This document shows, in pieces, positions 47,981 through 59,941 of a stretch of DNA of 64,000 nt (position 1 is the stretch's first letter; every line of letters starts with the position of its first letter). This DNA comes from Toensbergia leucococca. Taxonomy: Eukaryota. A program made the translations under genes and the position numbers. The notes under the pieces were generated by a model. The model ran no database searches. It had not been told where the DNA came from and worked only from the letters and a program-made list of their open reading frames with translations. The stretch is from assembly GCA_022813965.1 (NCBI GenBank), contig JALDZS010000033.1:62001-126000 (forward strand), in the 5' to 3' direction.

Positions 47981-50900
47981 GTGGATTCATGAAATCTTGT
48001 GACTGGTTTTGGGGGTTTTGGTTTTGAGGGAAAAGGAAGGCTTGGGCGGAGGATGGGGGATTTGACGGGTGATGATGGACTGGGGGCCACAACGGAACGA
48101 ACGAAACGAATGAAATCGACGAATTTCAATACGCATCTACTGGCGTTTTTTTTTTGAGGGTGTTGGGCATTACGGATGGGGCTATTGTCATTTAGCGAGC
48201 GAGCATTTGTTTTGGGGTGTTTTTTTTTTTTTGTAATCATAGATTGGTTGAGGGCTATTGCGCTTTTATTCCTCTGCGAGGAAGGGCCTGAGATTGGTTG
48301 ATAGATGGGTGAGATGGGTAACAGAAGCTCTCTCTCTCTCCTTCTTCGATCATGTTCTGGAGACTTTCATGAAATTGTGTTTGAAGCTTCGTTTTAGTTG
48401 TTCATAGGGAGGTAAATTTTAGATCAAGTTTGATTTGGTGGCATGGGTGGGATGGATGGAGGGTGTGGCTGAGGAATTTAGCTGTCTTCCTTTGATTTTC
48501 GTGCTTGCGAGGTAGGTCATCTGCATCACTGTTCGCGATGGGGGCGTTGGCATGAGGGCATTCAACAAAAGTATGGGGTCAGAGGGCGAGTGATCATATT
48601 AGTGTGTGCGATACCGGCCGATCATGAGGACGCCGTGAGAGCCGTCGGGAACTAATCATAAAATGTGACCAGGAAGCGTCACACATGATAATTTTTCCCA
48701 GCACATATATTCACTTTGCTGACTATCTCATGTGGACGGCGCAGAACTGACATGTGCTATGGACCAACCAACATTCCGATCCCGCCATCTGAAATAGATG
48801 ATTTTCCAACTTGTGCGTTGGCATTTTCATCGCAAAGGTACGTGCGCTACCAAGCCGAAAATGTTGGAGTGCCAAGGCCTTTAAATGGCATTAGAGATCC
48901 TAGCGGTTGCAGCAAGTTTCGACGAAACCCGACGTGCTGTTTTCCCAGCCGCCTTATGAAGCCGAGCGCGATGTGTCGTGCATTATGTTTCAGGTTGTGT
49001 TCTGTAGAAGAGTCTGGAAAAGTGTCAGCGCTTATCGACCACTGGCGCTTAGCTATTTTGGGTTCGGTTTTGGAATGCAAGGGGAGAGTTTGTATCAGAT
49101 TTAAAGCCCGGTCAAGGGCTAATCTCATCAAGGCTAACTTGTAGCTATGCCGACCGTCGTGAGATTGTATAGTTGATCATCATGGTAATAGCAGAGTGTG
49201 CGAGGTGTAGAGAATGTGCTGAAGGCTGAATGCTTACCTGTGAAGAGCTGATCGAGATGAAGAGTAATATTTTCTAGTTGGTTGAGGTAGGATCAAACTC
49301 CTAGAGGAACGCAGGTTAGATTGTAGCTACAACATGGGCAAGATGGCGAGCTTAAATGCAAGGGACCTCGACTTGATCAGAATATACGGAGTCGTCTTCG
49401 CCTATGGTCAGACCATGAAGCTTGGACATATGCTTGTCTTTTGATATGTATATCATCTTCGGAAGGGTTGAAAAGTGAGCATGGCAGAAAAAAATTGAGA
49501 CGTACCCTATATGCGCTAAATTCATCAATGGAGGTAGTCATCGAAGATATGCAAAAGTGGTGAACCGACATGGATATACGTTAAAGGGGACTCGAAGATT
49601 TCCGAGATGGTGAAAGTACTGGTAGTCTTTCTCCTAGCAAATGGGAACTTTGGAATGAGAAGAGGTTACTCGGTCAATCTGTCCAGTTCGTCAGTCGATG
49701 CTGTCAAAGCAATGTTCCCAGCTAGCTAAAGCACTTTTACTCGCTTCGATCAGAAATGCATGAATGGTATTGAAATAGGTTGTCTACATCGGAAACCCGA
49801 ATCAGACTCGTCATCTAGATGTTCATCACAGAAACATTGTAAGTGGAAAAGGGGTCTTGTTTTACCTCACATCGGTGTCCATGGCTAGAGCCTTGCAAGC
49901 GGCACTCATCGTCCTCAATCCGCCTTGTTTGCTACCGTATAGTTTGTGTCCTTACAGTAGAAAATATCGATGAATTATTACCTGGGTGGATGATGATGGG
50001 TCAGTGACACAGGTTTAAATGGGGACGCAGAGATGAGCAGACGTCGTAACGGGGATCAGTGGGCGAGGGTTTCTAGGCCTGCCACAAAAAGGCATATCAT
50101 CTCATTGAGCTTTCGATTTGATGTCAAACGCTTTCAGAGCCCAGTGCCATTCATCATGGAGACTCGACGGGACAAGAAGCACTAAGACGAGAGTAGTACA
50201 CACCTTGCTGCATCATTACCTTGGAGTATACTGACTCCGCTTCAGGCATCAATACAACTCTAAAGGTAATGACCATGGTCAGTACGGTAAATGGTTCGCT
50301 TCGGATGCTATTATGCAAGAAATGGAGGAGCTCAGTCTAAGCCATTTGTTGTCGTCAAAGACCAAAGAAGGCCTCAGTCGGTAATTTCCAGCGTATATAA
50401 TACGATTGATCATCATAGCTCTGAACCCTCTCTTGGGGAAAATACGAAAGACAGGAAGAATGGGGGTCATACCGCTAACACTTCGATGGAACTGCACACG
50501 TTTCAGAGTCAGCAGCGGTTTCTCTAGATTAGTATGCTGGGAACTTAAGGTGCTATGAAGCGATACAAGATCAGACTGACGTGTTGCAAAATAAGTTTCA
50601 TTCCCTCGTGAGGTCAAAGACTCTAGCTATGCGGTTTAAAACAGATCATCATGAAAGCGCGGGCTCGACAATTGAGAAAAATGCTAGACCCACATCTCTG
50701 GAGATATCGATGGCCATGTAAACAGGGTTTGTGGCATGGTGTGTAAGCTTGATGGGCAATATGAGTTGGTTTGGTGGAGATGTGTGCATGAAGAAAGAAA
50801 AGTGAAGATAGGATTAAGCTAAGATGGTTCCTCGCTTAATTAGAATACATAGTATCATTTTTTATCCGTACTCCGCGAGTCGGTATGTTAGTCATGGATG

Positions 50901-51347
50901 ACCGTGCCCTTACCCTACTCAGCCCAACTTTATTTCCAATGATGATTCTCTCAAGTCGCAGAATGAGGTTCACTGCAGTATCTTTGGTAATAGACCATCT
51001 CGGATTCTAGATTTGCTGGTCTACCGGATGTACCTCAAAGACTTGATCGGTTGAAGTCGGAACTTCTCAATGTGACTGAATATTCTATTGGCCGAGGCAA
51101 GGTCTATTTGCGGGGCAGAGGAAGGCTTGAATTGTGGGACAGACGTCTCATAACACTCCTTCCCAGGATGGAGACTGTGTTCAATAAGATAATTGTATTG
51201 GACAAAATGCCCACAAGCCTACGGTTACGTCTTCCACATCATCTCGACGCTTCTCGTCAACAGAGCATCTAATAGTCACACTGGCAATCCTGCAATTTCA
51301 TAACTTTCCAGCATTACCAGACTCTTTCGACAAGACATCGAGCTATC

Positions 51348-52539
51348 ATGGCTACAACTAGCGGTTCTAACGTTGGTGAGAAGATCAACACTGATATTGT
51401 GACACTCACACGCTTCCTTACTGAGGAGCAATCCAAGCACAAGGAAGCAACTGGAGACTTCACGTACGCCCTCCAAGGCACTTTACTAATCTTTCTACCT
51501 TACTCCCCTGGAATGTGTGCTAATCTTGAGTGTGTAGCCTCCTCTGCCATGCTCTCCAGTTCTCTTTCAAATCTATTGCCTACTACATCCGCCGAGCAAC
51601 TCTCATAAACCTCACTGGTCTCGCTGGCTCTTCCAACACAACTGGTGACGAACAGAAAAAGCTTGATGTCATCGGCAATGACCTCTTCGTAGCTGCCATG
51701 CGCACCTCTGGAAAATGTAGGCTACTGGTTTCAGAAGAAGAAGAAAAATGCATCGTCTTCGACGAAAACCCTAAAGCCCGCTACGCAGTGGTCTGTGACC
51801 CAATCGATGGCTCGAGTAATCTGGATGCTGGCGTGAGTGTTGGGACAATATTTGGAATTTTCAAGCTTGCAGAAGGGAGCCAGGGTAAGGAAGAAGAACT
51901 CTTGCTCCCTGGTACCCAATTGGTGGCCAGCGGCTTTACCATGTATGGTGCTAGTGCTCAACTCGTCATCACAATGAAGGGAGGGAGCGTCAATGGCTTT
52001 ACCATGGATAACGCCCTCGGAGAATTCATTCTCACCCACCCTGACATGCGAATGCCAAAGTCACGTGCCATTTACAGCGTCAACGAAGGCAATAGCTTGT
52101 ACTGGGAGAAACCAGTTGTGGATTACTTCAACAGCTTAAAGTTCCCTGCGAATGAAGGCGGAAAGCCTTATAGTTCCCGGTATATTGGGAGTATGGTGGC
52201 AGATGCATACAGAACTTTATTGTACGGAGGGATTTTCGCATACCCAGCAGACAAGAAAAGCCCAAAAGGAAAGCTTAGAATTTTGTATGAGTGTGCTCCA
52301 ATGGCAATGGTATTTGAGAATGGTAGGTAACATCTGGCGAAGCTCACGGTCTTGAGTCAAGAAGCTAATGAATTTCTGTTCACCATACAGCTGGCGGCCA
52401 AGCAGTCAATAGCCGCATGGAACGTATGCTAGAAGTTGTCCCAGAACACATCCACGACCGATCGGGAATTTTTATGGGTAGCTACGACGAAGTGCAAAAG
52501 GTCATTGACATACACAATAAGCATGCACAGCAATCTTAG
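51348..52539 (+). CDS. FBP1: Fructose-1,6-bisphosphatase
   Basis: NTTGDEQKKLDV, CDPIDGSSNLD, RYIGSMVAD and GKLRILYECAPMA. Introns 51464-51537 and about 52323-52390. Stop TAG at 52537-52539. Confidence 0.97.
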
Positions 52540-53488
52540 AAGCTCTGATTAATATTCACATGGCCTGTACATATATAGCTTAACAATACGAACTACAAGC
52601 ATCTGATTGACTTGGTAGGAAATTTCGATCGTGAGGCGCATAATGGCAACACGGATACACCTCGTTACCCTCCAGTCCTCTTACCCTACTTCACAAAATT
52701 ATTTGGAGTATCAGGCGCGAGCTCCATGGAAGAACAGGGTAGATAAGGACTTTTGCTCGTGTTACGTGGGATACTCTGACTGGAGGCATGCCACTCATGT
52801 ATTAAACGTCGGAAAGTTGACTAAACATGCAGGCTGTATCTGCCATGGGTTGGTCACACAATGGGCTGCTTCGTCCCAGATGATATGATATGACATGATT
52901 TGATATTCTATGCTCTCTTGGTTTTGTGTAACCACCCTGTTTAGTGTCCTTTTTCTGGGGGTGGCATCCCATTGGCCAGAGCTTGGATGATTTTTAGCTT
53001 GCGGGAAACATACTAGACTCTGTCCCCTCTAGGTGGGGGGCTCGGGGGGTACCTTACCCGTGCCTAGGTAGGTAGTTCTATTCTAAGACCGAGGCACGGG
53101 AGCAACCTAACCGGCGCTCATTCCCACTCTTTCGGAACGCTCGTCATTGGTTCCTGCAAAGCAAAAAAGCTGCACTGGGAATCGGGAAACTGACCATGGT
53201 GACCGTACGAGTAGCATGCGCCATGTTCTAAGCATCAGAGGAAACAGAAAAGGCAAAGGCAAAGAAATAAAGAAACACGAGACTAGAAGAAGACAGTGCC
53301 GTCGGCATTCGGATCAAAAGCGCAATTACTATTCTAATGTTATTCTAGTAGTTAGTCACTGGGATAATAATACTGCATTGGATCCTTCCGTTAGCTGCGT
53401 GCTTGTTTAACTCAAGATTACTTCACCGCCCTCTTCCTCGATTCGATAGCAGCAAACTGGATTGTGACTTCCTGCAACGCCGAGATAC

Positions 53489-55162
53489 ATGGCTGGTGGT
53501 CAAGCCAAGGGCGACTCCGTTGAAGCCCCGAGTATTTCTACCGCTCCTCTTTCTGTGCTGGAGGTAGACGATGTAAGTTTGTCTTCCTCCATTCGAGCTT
53601 TGGGCTGATGTCAGACTCGCCAGCGTCCAACAAACCGTGATGACGAAGAATCGTACGTATTCTTGGCAGATCAGTGTGCTCTACTGGTTTGAAGCTTATC
53701 CATTCGAAGTGACATTGCCTCTCTATCCATTACCTCTAGCATCAGGGATTACGAATTCGAGAATGGCAGGCGGTACCATGCCTACAAAGCCGGTTCTTAT
53801 GCTTGGCCTAATGACGAGGTATGCGCAGTGGTCATCTTGTGTTAGTTTCAAGCACTTCATCAACCATTGTATTTCGACTGTCAATTCCGAAGTCATCGTG
53901 CCCGGGCTTATTGATGTCCCGTTGTTGACAGCCTCCTTCTTAGGCAGAACTCGATCGTCTGGATTTGCAACATCATATAAACGTACTATTGTGCAATGGG
54001 AATCTCCACCTGGCGCCTCTCGATGAGCCAAAGAAGGTGTTGGACATAGGAACAGGCACCGGTATCTGGGTCATGGAATTCGCCGAGAAGTATCCAGAAT
54101 CGACCGTGATAGGGACAGATCTGTCGCCTGTTCAGCCAGAGTGGTATGAACCGTTTTCATACGTGAGGCTTTGGAGATCACCAAGAGAACATCAATCACT
54201 GACAGCCTGTAGGGTCCATGACAACGTTCGTTTCGAGATTGACGATGTTGAGAGCAAGTGGACATATGGCCTCAATTCCTTCGACTACATCCACTCAAGG
54301 TACATGATAGGGTCAATATCGAAATGGAAGTCCTACATACGGAAGGCGTTCAAGTAATGGGAACTACTACTCCGCTTCTACACGCGCCTTACTTACGTTA
54401 TTTGACCAGACACTGCAAACCAGGTGGCTACTTTGAAATACAAGAGCTTGACCCTCGGTTCCTCTGTGACGATGAGAGTCTAAAAACTGAGGCGGTGCAA
54501 AACAGTTGGTCTAAGATGATGTGTGAAGCTTCGGCAGAGTACAACCGGCCAGTCCCTTTGCACACCGATTACAAGGCTTGGATGGAAGAAGCCGGTTTTG
54601 TGGATGTCAAAGAGTACTTTCTCAAGCTTCCGACAAATGACTGGCCAAAGAACAAACAATTAAAGGAAATTGGGAAATTTCAGCTGGCACACCTTACAGA
54701 GGGGCTTTTCTCGTTAACGATCGGGCTTTTTACTAGGGTACTGCATTGGTCAGCAGCAGAAGTGCAGGTGCTCTTGGCAAAGATGAGGGCAGAGGTTAAA
54801 GATAGAAGGATTCATTCGTATGAGATAGTGTACGTGGCGAGCATCGATAATGGTCGATAGTGTATCTGATGAATGATAGTGCGGTGCTCTACGGACGAAA
54901 ACCCGAAAGCTCGGTCTCGTCGATACCTCAGAGATCGTCGACAAATACACCAGATGTCGTCAGCTCGCTTTCCGTCGAACGAAAGACTAGTGACCGATCG
55001 GAAGGCTCGACTCCGCAAGAAGTTGCAGATGAGCAACCTGTCAACAAAATCTTCTTCAGTTCGAGCCCCGCTAGCGACTTGCCATCGACGACAACAAAAT
55101 TGGCAAATGGACAGGCTCTGAGCCAGCAGGAAGGGTCTCTAAATGGAGCTTGTAACGGATGA
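53489..55162 (+). CDS. LaeA-like class I SAM-dependent methyltransferase (multi-exon)
   Basis: Spliced: SITSSIRDYEFENGRRYHAYKAGSYAWPNDEAELDRLDLQHH..VLDIGTGTGIW..GTDLSPVQP..FEIDDVE..FDYIHSR..KPGGYFEIQE..EAGFVDV..WPK. About 6 introns. Confidence 0.9.
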
Positions 55163-55731
55163 GAAGAAATTCAGGTTTCCCGAGTTGAGTAAAGATTCTT
55201 GCCCCAGATGACTGTGAGCAGCCTCATTGTCCACAAGACATGCGTCGCGTGATTAAATATTCCCTCAACAGTGCAGTGAGTGCAGTGAGTCGTAAGACAG
55301 GACATGGTCCAGGTAAAAGGGTCGATACGGTCGAAAGTGGCGAGTCTAAAATGGTGGAGAACGATTGGCGTAAAAAGGCAGTCTACCACTCGGCTCAGCA
55401 TTCCAGAATTGGTGGTTGGGAAAGATCATCTACCTAAGCACGAGTGGCACTATGACTCTTAGTCTCTTACCATATTTCCCTCGAGGTCTGAATCTACAAA
55501 ATCAGTATTCGGTTGTACCAAGGACAAATATAGCACAAGTTTCATCGTGACTCTTAAGGGGCATATATTCCTTATGTATAGAAGTCTTGATACATTTTAT
55601 CATGTCCTTATCACGTTGAAAGTAACACAAGCTTCTGCTTTGGACATCATTGGAAGACAGTTCCTTCGGTGTCATCTCCACTTCGCTTTCTTTGACTTCA
55701 AGTACAGAAAAAACCATCTCATTTCCAGTCA

Positions 55732-57264
55732 ATGGCACTCCAGATGCAATCCCGCGCTCGTTTGTTCCAAGAATCACGTCCTTCGGATAGTGCCCCCAAA
55801 CATGTCCCCCTCTCAATAATGGATGCCACGGTGGCCAACTTCGGTCCCAGTGCAGCCGTCTGGTTCTACAAGCAGCCTCTCGCCATCGACCAGCTGACTC
55901 TCAGTCTGAAGAAAACGCTCAATGCCTATCCGCAATGGACAGGCCAACTGCATTTCACAGAATACAACCCCAGCCTTGGCCATATACACCGACAAGGCCG
56001 ACTCATGCTCTCCTATGGCACAAAGTCCGATCCGGGAATAGAATGTATCATCGCACAGGCTCCCCACCGGATGTCCTTCATGATCCCCTCCCCTAATAAC
56101 GGCATCTGGGACGCTTCGAAAGTCTCATACTTGGAATTGCTAGACACGACCACGACTCCGTTTGCCCTACATAATCTCCTTGACTACGAAAACCTTCCGG
56201 GTATGATCGTGCAGCTTACCACCTTCCAATGCGGCGGTATCGCCGTCGCCATTGGCCTCGCCCATCCTCTTGGCGATGCCCAAACGCTCCTTCAATTCGC
56301 ACACGACTGGGCCACCACGAACCGCGCTCTCCTTCAAAAGAAGTGCCCAGCCCCTCTTATCCGACTTTTTGATCCTTCAATATTAGACCTTGCTGCAGCC
56401 GGTTCCATCGATGCCTCAAGCCCAGATCCAAATCTTCTGCAAAAGGCTGTCTCGTTACCCCTTCATCGATACGACTGGTGGGCCTCTGCAGCTCCACTCG
56501 GCCCTGACCCTCCTCAGGTTGCCAAAATCCCTGCCCAGTTGTCTCATCTGCAAATCATTCCCTCAGGCCCGATTATACCCTGGTCAACGTGGGATTTCTC
56601 TGCCCCAGTCGCCCACCACTACATCTATTTCAGCGCCGTCGAAGTGCACCACCTTTGGCAACAAGCATCCACTCTTGGTCGTATCAGCCACCTAGATGCC
56701 CTGATTGCACACATCTGGACGCTTCTCATGCGGGCCCGCGGCATCGAGCCAACAGAAGAACACCACCTCGATATTTCCTTCGACCTACGCACACGCTTCG
56801 CTTCGCCATTACCCAAATCTTATATCGGTTCCCCAATCATGATGGCAAAGGCCACCACCACGGGTCAACGCGGTACCGACAATTCTCTCGCCGAGCTGGC
56901 TATGAATGTGCGCTCCACTGTGGCAAAATTCAATAGCGACACTTTGCCCGCGTTTTTGCATGAGACAGCCCATGAAATTGGGGCACAAAGGGTTTGGAAT
57001 GGGTTTCTGGGGAGGAGGCATGCGATTGTAACTTCTTGGCTGAGGCTTGGGATTTGGGATGTTGATTTTGATGGGAGTGAAGGAGTCAAGCATGTGGAAG
57101 CTTTGTTAACGAGTGTAGATGGATTGGTGCAGGTTATGGAGATGGGTGAAAGGAAAGGTGAAGGGGAATGGTATGAGGGTGGGGCTCGTGTGAGTTTGCA
57201 TCTGAGGGAGGATGCGATGAGAATGTTGGTGGATGATGCGTTGTTGAGGGTCGGGGGTCAATAG
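55732..57264 (+). CDS. CoA-dependent acyltransferase, BAHD/transferase family
   Basis: HxxxD motif (AHPLGDA) preceded by VQLTTFQCGG; C-terminal TSW..DVDFDG (DFG-like); intronless, 510 aa. Confidence 0.88.
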   Translation: MALQMQSRARLFQESRPSDSAPKHVPLSIMDATVANFGPSAAVWFYKQPLAIDQLTLSLKKTLNAYPQWTGQLHFTEYNPSLGHIHRQGRLMLSYGTKSDPGIECIIAQAPHRMSFMIPSPNNGIWDASKVSYLELLDTTTTPFALHNLLDYENLPGMIVQLTTFQCGGIAVAIGLAHPLGDAQTLLQFAHDWATTNRALLQKKCPAPLIRLFDPSILDLAAAGSIDASSPDPNLLQKAVSLPLHRYDWWASAAPLGPDPPQVAKIPAQLSHLQIIPSGPIIPWSTWDFSAPVAHHYIYFSAVEVHHLWQQASTLGRISHLDALIAHIWTLLMRARGIEPTEEHHLDISFDLRTRFASPLPKSYIGSPIMMAKATTTGQRGTDNSLAELAMNVRSTVAKFNSDTLPAFLHETAHEIGAQRVWNGFLGRRHAIVTSWLRLGIWDVDFDGSEGVKHVEALLTSVDGLVQVMEMGERKGEGEWYEGGARVSLHLREDAMRMLVDDALLRVGGQ

Positions 57265-57908
57265 TGCGAGGGCTTGTTATATTTGGTAGCGGAGGCTCTG
57301 GATATTTGGTCCCAATCCACCTGATGGTCATGTTATTGGAGATTTATATTGCACTTGGTGATGATGTGATCATGAATCGACAGGGAAATCTAAATCAATG
57401 GTAGTAGATTTGTATGTTGCATGATGACATAGGAAATTCAAAGGGTTGGAAAGTGGAGTAGTGAAAGAAAGGGAATGTGTAACTGCGAAGATGCAGAGTA
57501 GTCAAGAGGCAACAAGCGTGAATGCCAGAAATATTCGAAGAGAGAGGAACGGAGAAGGAAGACAATTCTTTTTTCATTGATGTAAGACGAGGGTTATGGT
57601 TGACTGATAGATATATGCATTCAAAACTTTCAACGATTGTTGATGAAATGAGCAGTCAAAGTACTCAGTCGTTGCGGACCTTCATTCATGGAGCTAGTGC
57701 CGAACCATTCGCCATCATTGACATACCGTGTATTGCAACATGAGCATTTGAGATATTTGCATTGAGAAGGCTATGAAAAGCGGGATAATCAGCTTCAATA
57801 GTCCTTGATAAGTCCAAAGGACATACAACCAATCCATGTCCGAATCCTCAAGCACCATCAAACCCTTCCAAACTCCCGATGCCTTCATATTTATACCCCA
57901 CCAATTTG

Positions 57909-58217
57909 CTAAGACGGTCGCCACTCATCGGGCAACTCCATGCCCACTCTCCTTGCTGTCATCTTAACCCTTTCCTCCTCATCCATTGACATGCCCGGAT
58001 TGTATCTCTCCAGCAAGGTGGCATACATCCTCTGTGCCTTTACGTACTGGATGTATTGTTCGCCTTCTTCGGCTTGCTGTGCCAAGTCTTGCGACGAGGT
58101 TGAGAAGGTGGTGCGGATGCGTTGCTGGAGTGGAGAAGGCGTTGAGAGGGGTCGGTGAGGGAGTTCGCGGAGGATGGATCTGTAGAGGGCGCGAAGGTGG
58201 GAGGGAGATGATGCCAT
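57909..58217 (-). CDS. FMC1: Mitochondrial ATP synthase assembly factor Fmc1 (LYR-like)
   Basis: LRALYRSILREL..YVKAQRMYATLLERYNPGM..EEERVKMTARRVGMELP. Confidence 0.9.
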   Translation of the reverse strand: MASSPSHLRALYRSILRELPHRPLSTPSPLQQRIRTTFSTSSQDLAQQAEEGEQYIQYVKAQRMYATLLERYNPGMSMDEEERVKMTARRVGMELPDEWRPS

Positions 58218-58404
58218 GTGTTAACTGTAAGTTCGGTTGGAGGCTGAAAGGAACGAGGGTCGTTGTCGAAGGGTTGAAAGAAGGGGACTCTTTCCAATGG
58301 CCTTCCTGTCTGGAACATAGAATTAGAGGCTTGGCACCAATTTCCCTCCCTCGAGAGTCCCATCCCCCCCTCCCCCGAAAGCATCGGAGTGAAATCATCT
58401 CCTG

Positions 58405-59600
58405 ATGCTGACCAAATCCACAACATTCCGAAGTCTATCTACATTCAATAATTTGCTATCAGCTGTCACTAGACCGGTGCCTTCGACCCCTCAGGCAGGC
58501 TTTGACCTGGCAAAAATTGACATTACATACTCCCATCCATCTAAATTAGACTCCAGTCAAAAAGAGCGACCCGGCGCAATATCTTCATCTCAGCTTTCTT
58601 ACCATTGGGAGACCGCTGAGCCGTCATTTGGTCAACTTCGCCGTGCCGACGCTTTCTTCGCAGAACAACCTCCGTCTCTGCTCTTCTCTGCCAGTAAATT
58701 TCGACAGGTGGAACGTAGCGATGCACCCGAAGTTGCTTTCCTGGGTCGATCCAACGTTGGGAAATCCAGTCTTCTCAATGCCTTGTTGGGGAAGGACATC
58801 TGCCACACGAGTAATAAGCCAGGACGAACAAAGACTATGAATGCCTTTGCCGTAGGCGGAAAGGATGGAAACAGCCCGAGACGTCTAGTGGTGCTTGATA
58901 TGCCTGGATATGGAAAGGGTAGCAGAGAAGATTGGGGGACGGAAATCACAAAATACCTGACTGGAAGGAAGCAGTGTGTTGAGTCAGCTATGATATCGGG
59001 AGAAGAATTGTGCTGATAACAACCAGATTGAAGAGGGTCTTTGTGCTAGTCGATTCTTTGCACGGTCTGAAAACTTCAGATAGATGGCTCCTCATGCTCC
59101 TCCGACAGAATGCAGTTTCTCATCAAGTCATTCTATCAAAAGTGGACCGTATTGCTCGACAAGGAGTAAATACTTTACAGGGAAAATCGCCAAGTTACAC
59201 TAACAAAGTCCGTAACTTGCTCGAAGAGATGCGCTCTGAAGTTCAGCCAAAGAATTCAGATGGACCTGTGGCTCTTGGGGAGATAATATCCTGCTGTGGG
59301 TCAAAAACTGGAAAGGCTCGAAAGCTTGGCATTGACAGCGTCCGGTGGGCCGTGCTTGTAGCCACAGGATTGGACCAAGTAAATCGCAGCTGGAAGAATG
59401 ACACTGCTGTGATTTATGAACCAGAAGACGCACTCGAGCCGACTAAGTCAGCTAACCTGGCTGCAAGAAACTTGACTAGACCACCGGCTGCAAGGAGGTC
59501 AGGGGATCACAATAAGCTGCGAGTGGCAAAGACAGCCAGTGCAAGGGCCGTCACGAAACGCTTGCTTTCTACATACAGAAGCACAGATCTCTTGCCTTGA
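58405..59600 (+). CDS. EngB/YihA-family GTPase (GTPBP8/Mrx8-like), probably mitochondrial
   Basis: PEVAFLGRSNVGKSSLLNAL (G1), KPGRT (G2), DMPGYG (G3) and SKVD (G4). Intron 58974-59026. The N-terminus is basic and Ser/Thr-rich. Confidence 0.92.
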
Positions 59601-59682
59601 TAGGCATCACAAGTCACAAACTAATCATATCGACGACGACGTTGTCGGTCTGGCTATCGTTAGTATAATGTTCTAGTTCTCA

Positions 59683-59941
59683 TCAGCTCCTCTTCCGAGA
59701 CTGACCCCAAACTTCAACAAAAAACTCTTGTTGGCTTATCTCCCCTGCCCCACCAAGAGCGAGTACATCCATAAAGCCTAAATGCTCCATCACCAGGCTC
59801 TTGATTTCGGACGGAAGGTCCTTGAACCCGGTTCTCGCTGGTTTTGTTAATTCAATCAAACACGCCTTGTCTCTTGGGCTTGAGATTACCTTCTGGCTGG
59901 GTTGTCATGGGACCAGATGAAGTCTCTTGAGGCGTATCCAT
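59683..59941 (-). pseudogene. Two-exon 68-aa ORF consisting essentially of an F-box motif (microprotein or truncated F-box gene)
   Basis: ATG 59941, a 52-nt intron at 59838-59889 (GTAATC..ATTAAC..CAG) and the product ..RTGFKDLPSEIKSLVMEHLGFMDVLALG.., with stop at 59683-59685. A TATATATAAA lies on the minus strand at about 60280. Confidence 0.5.
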
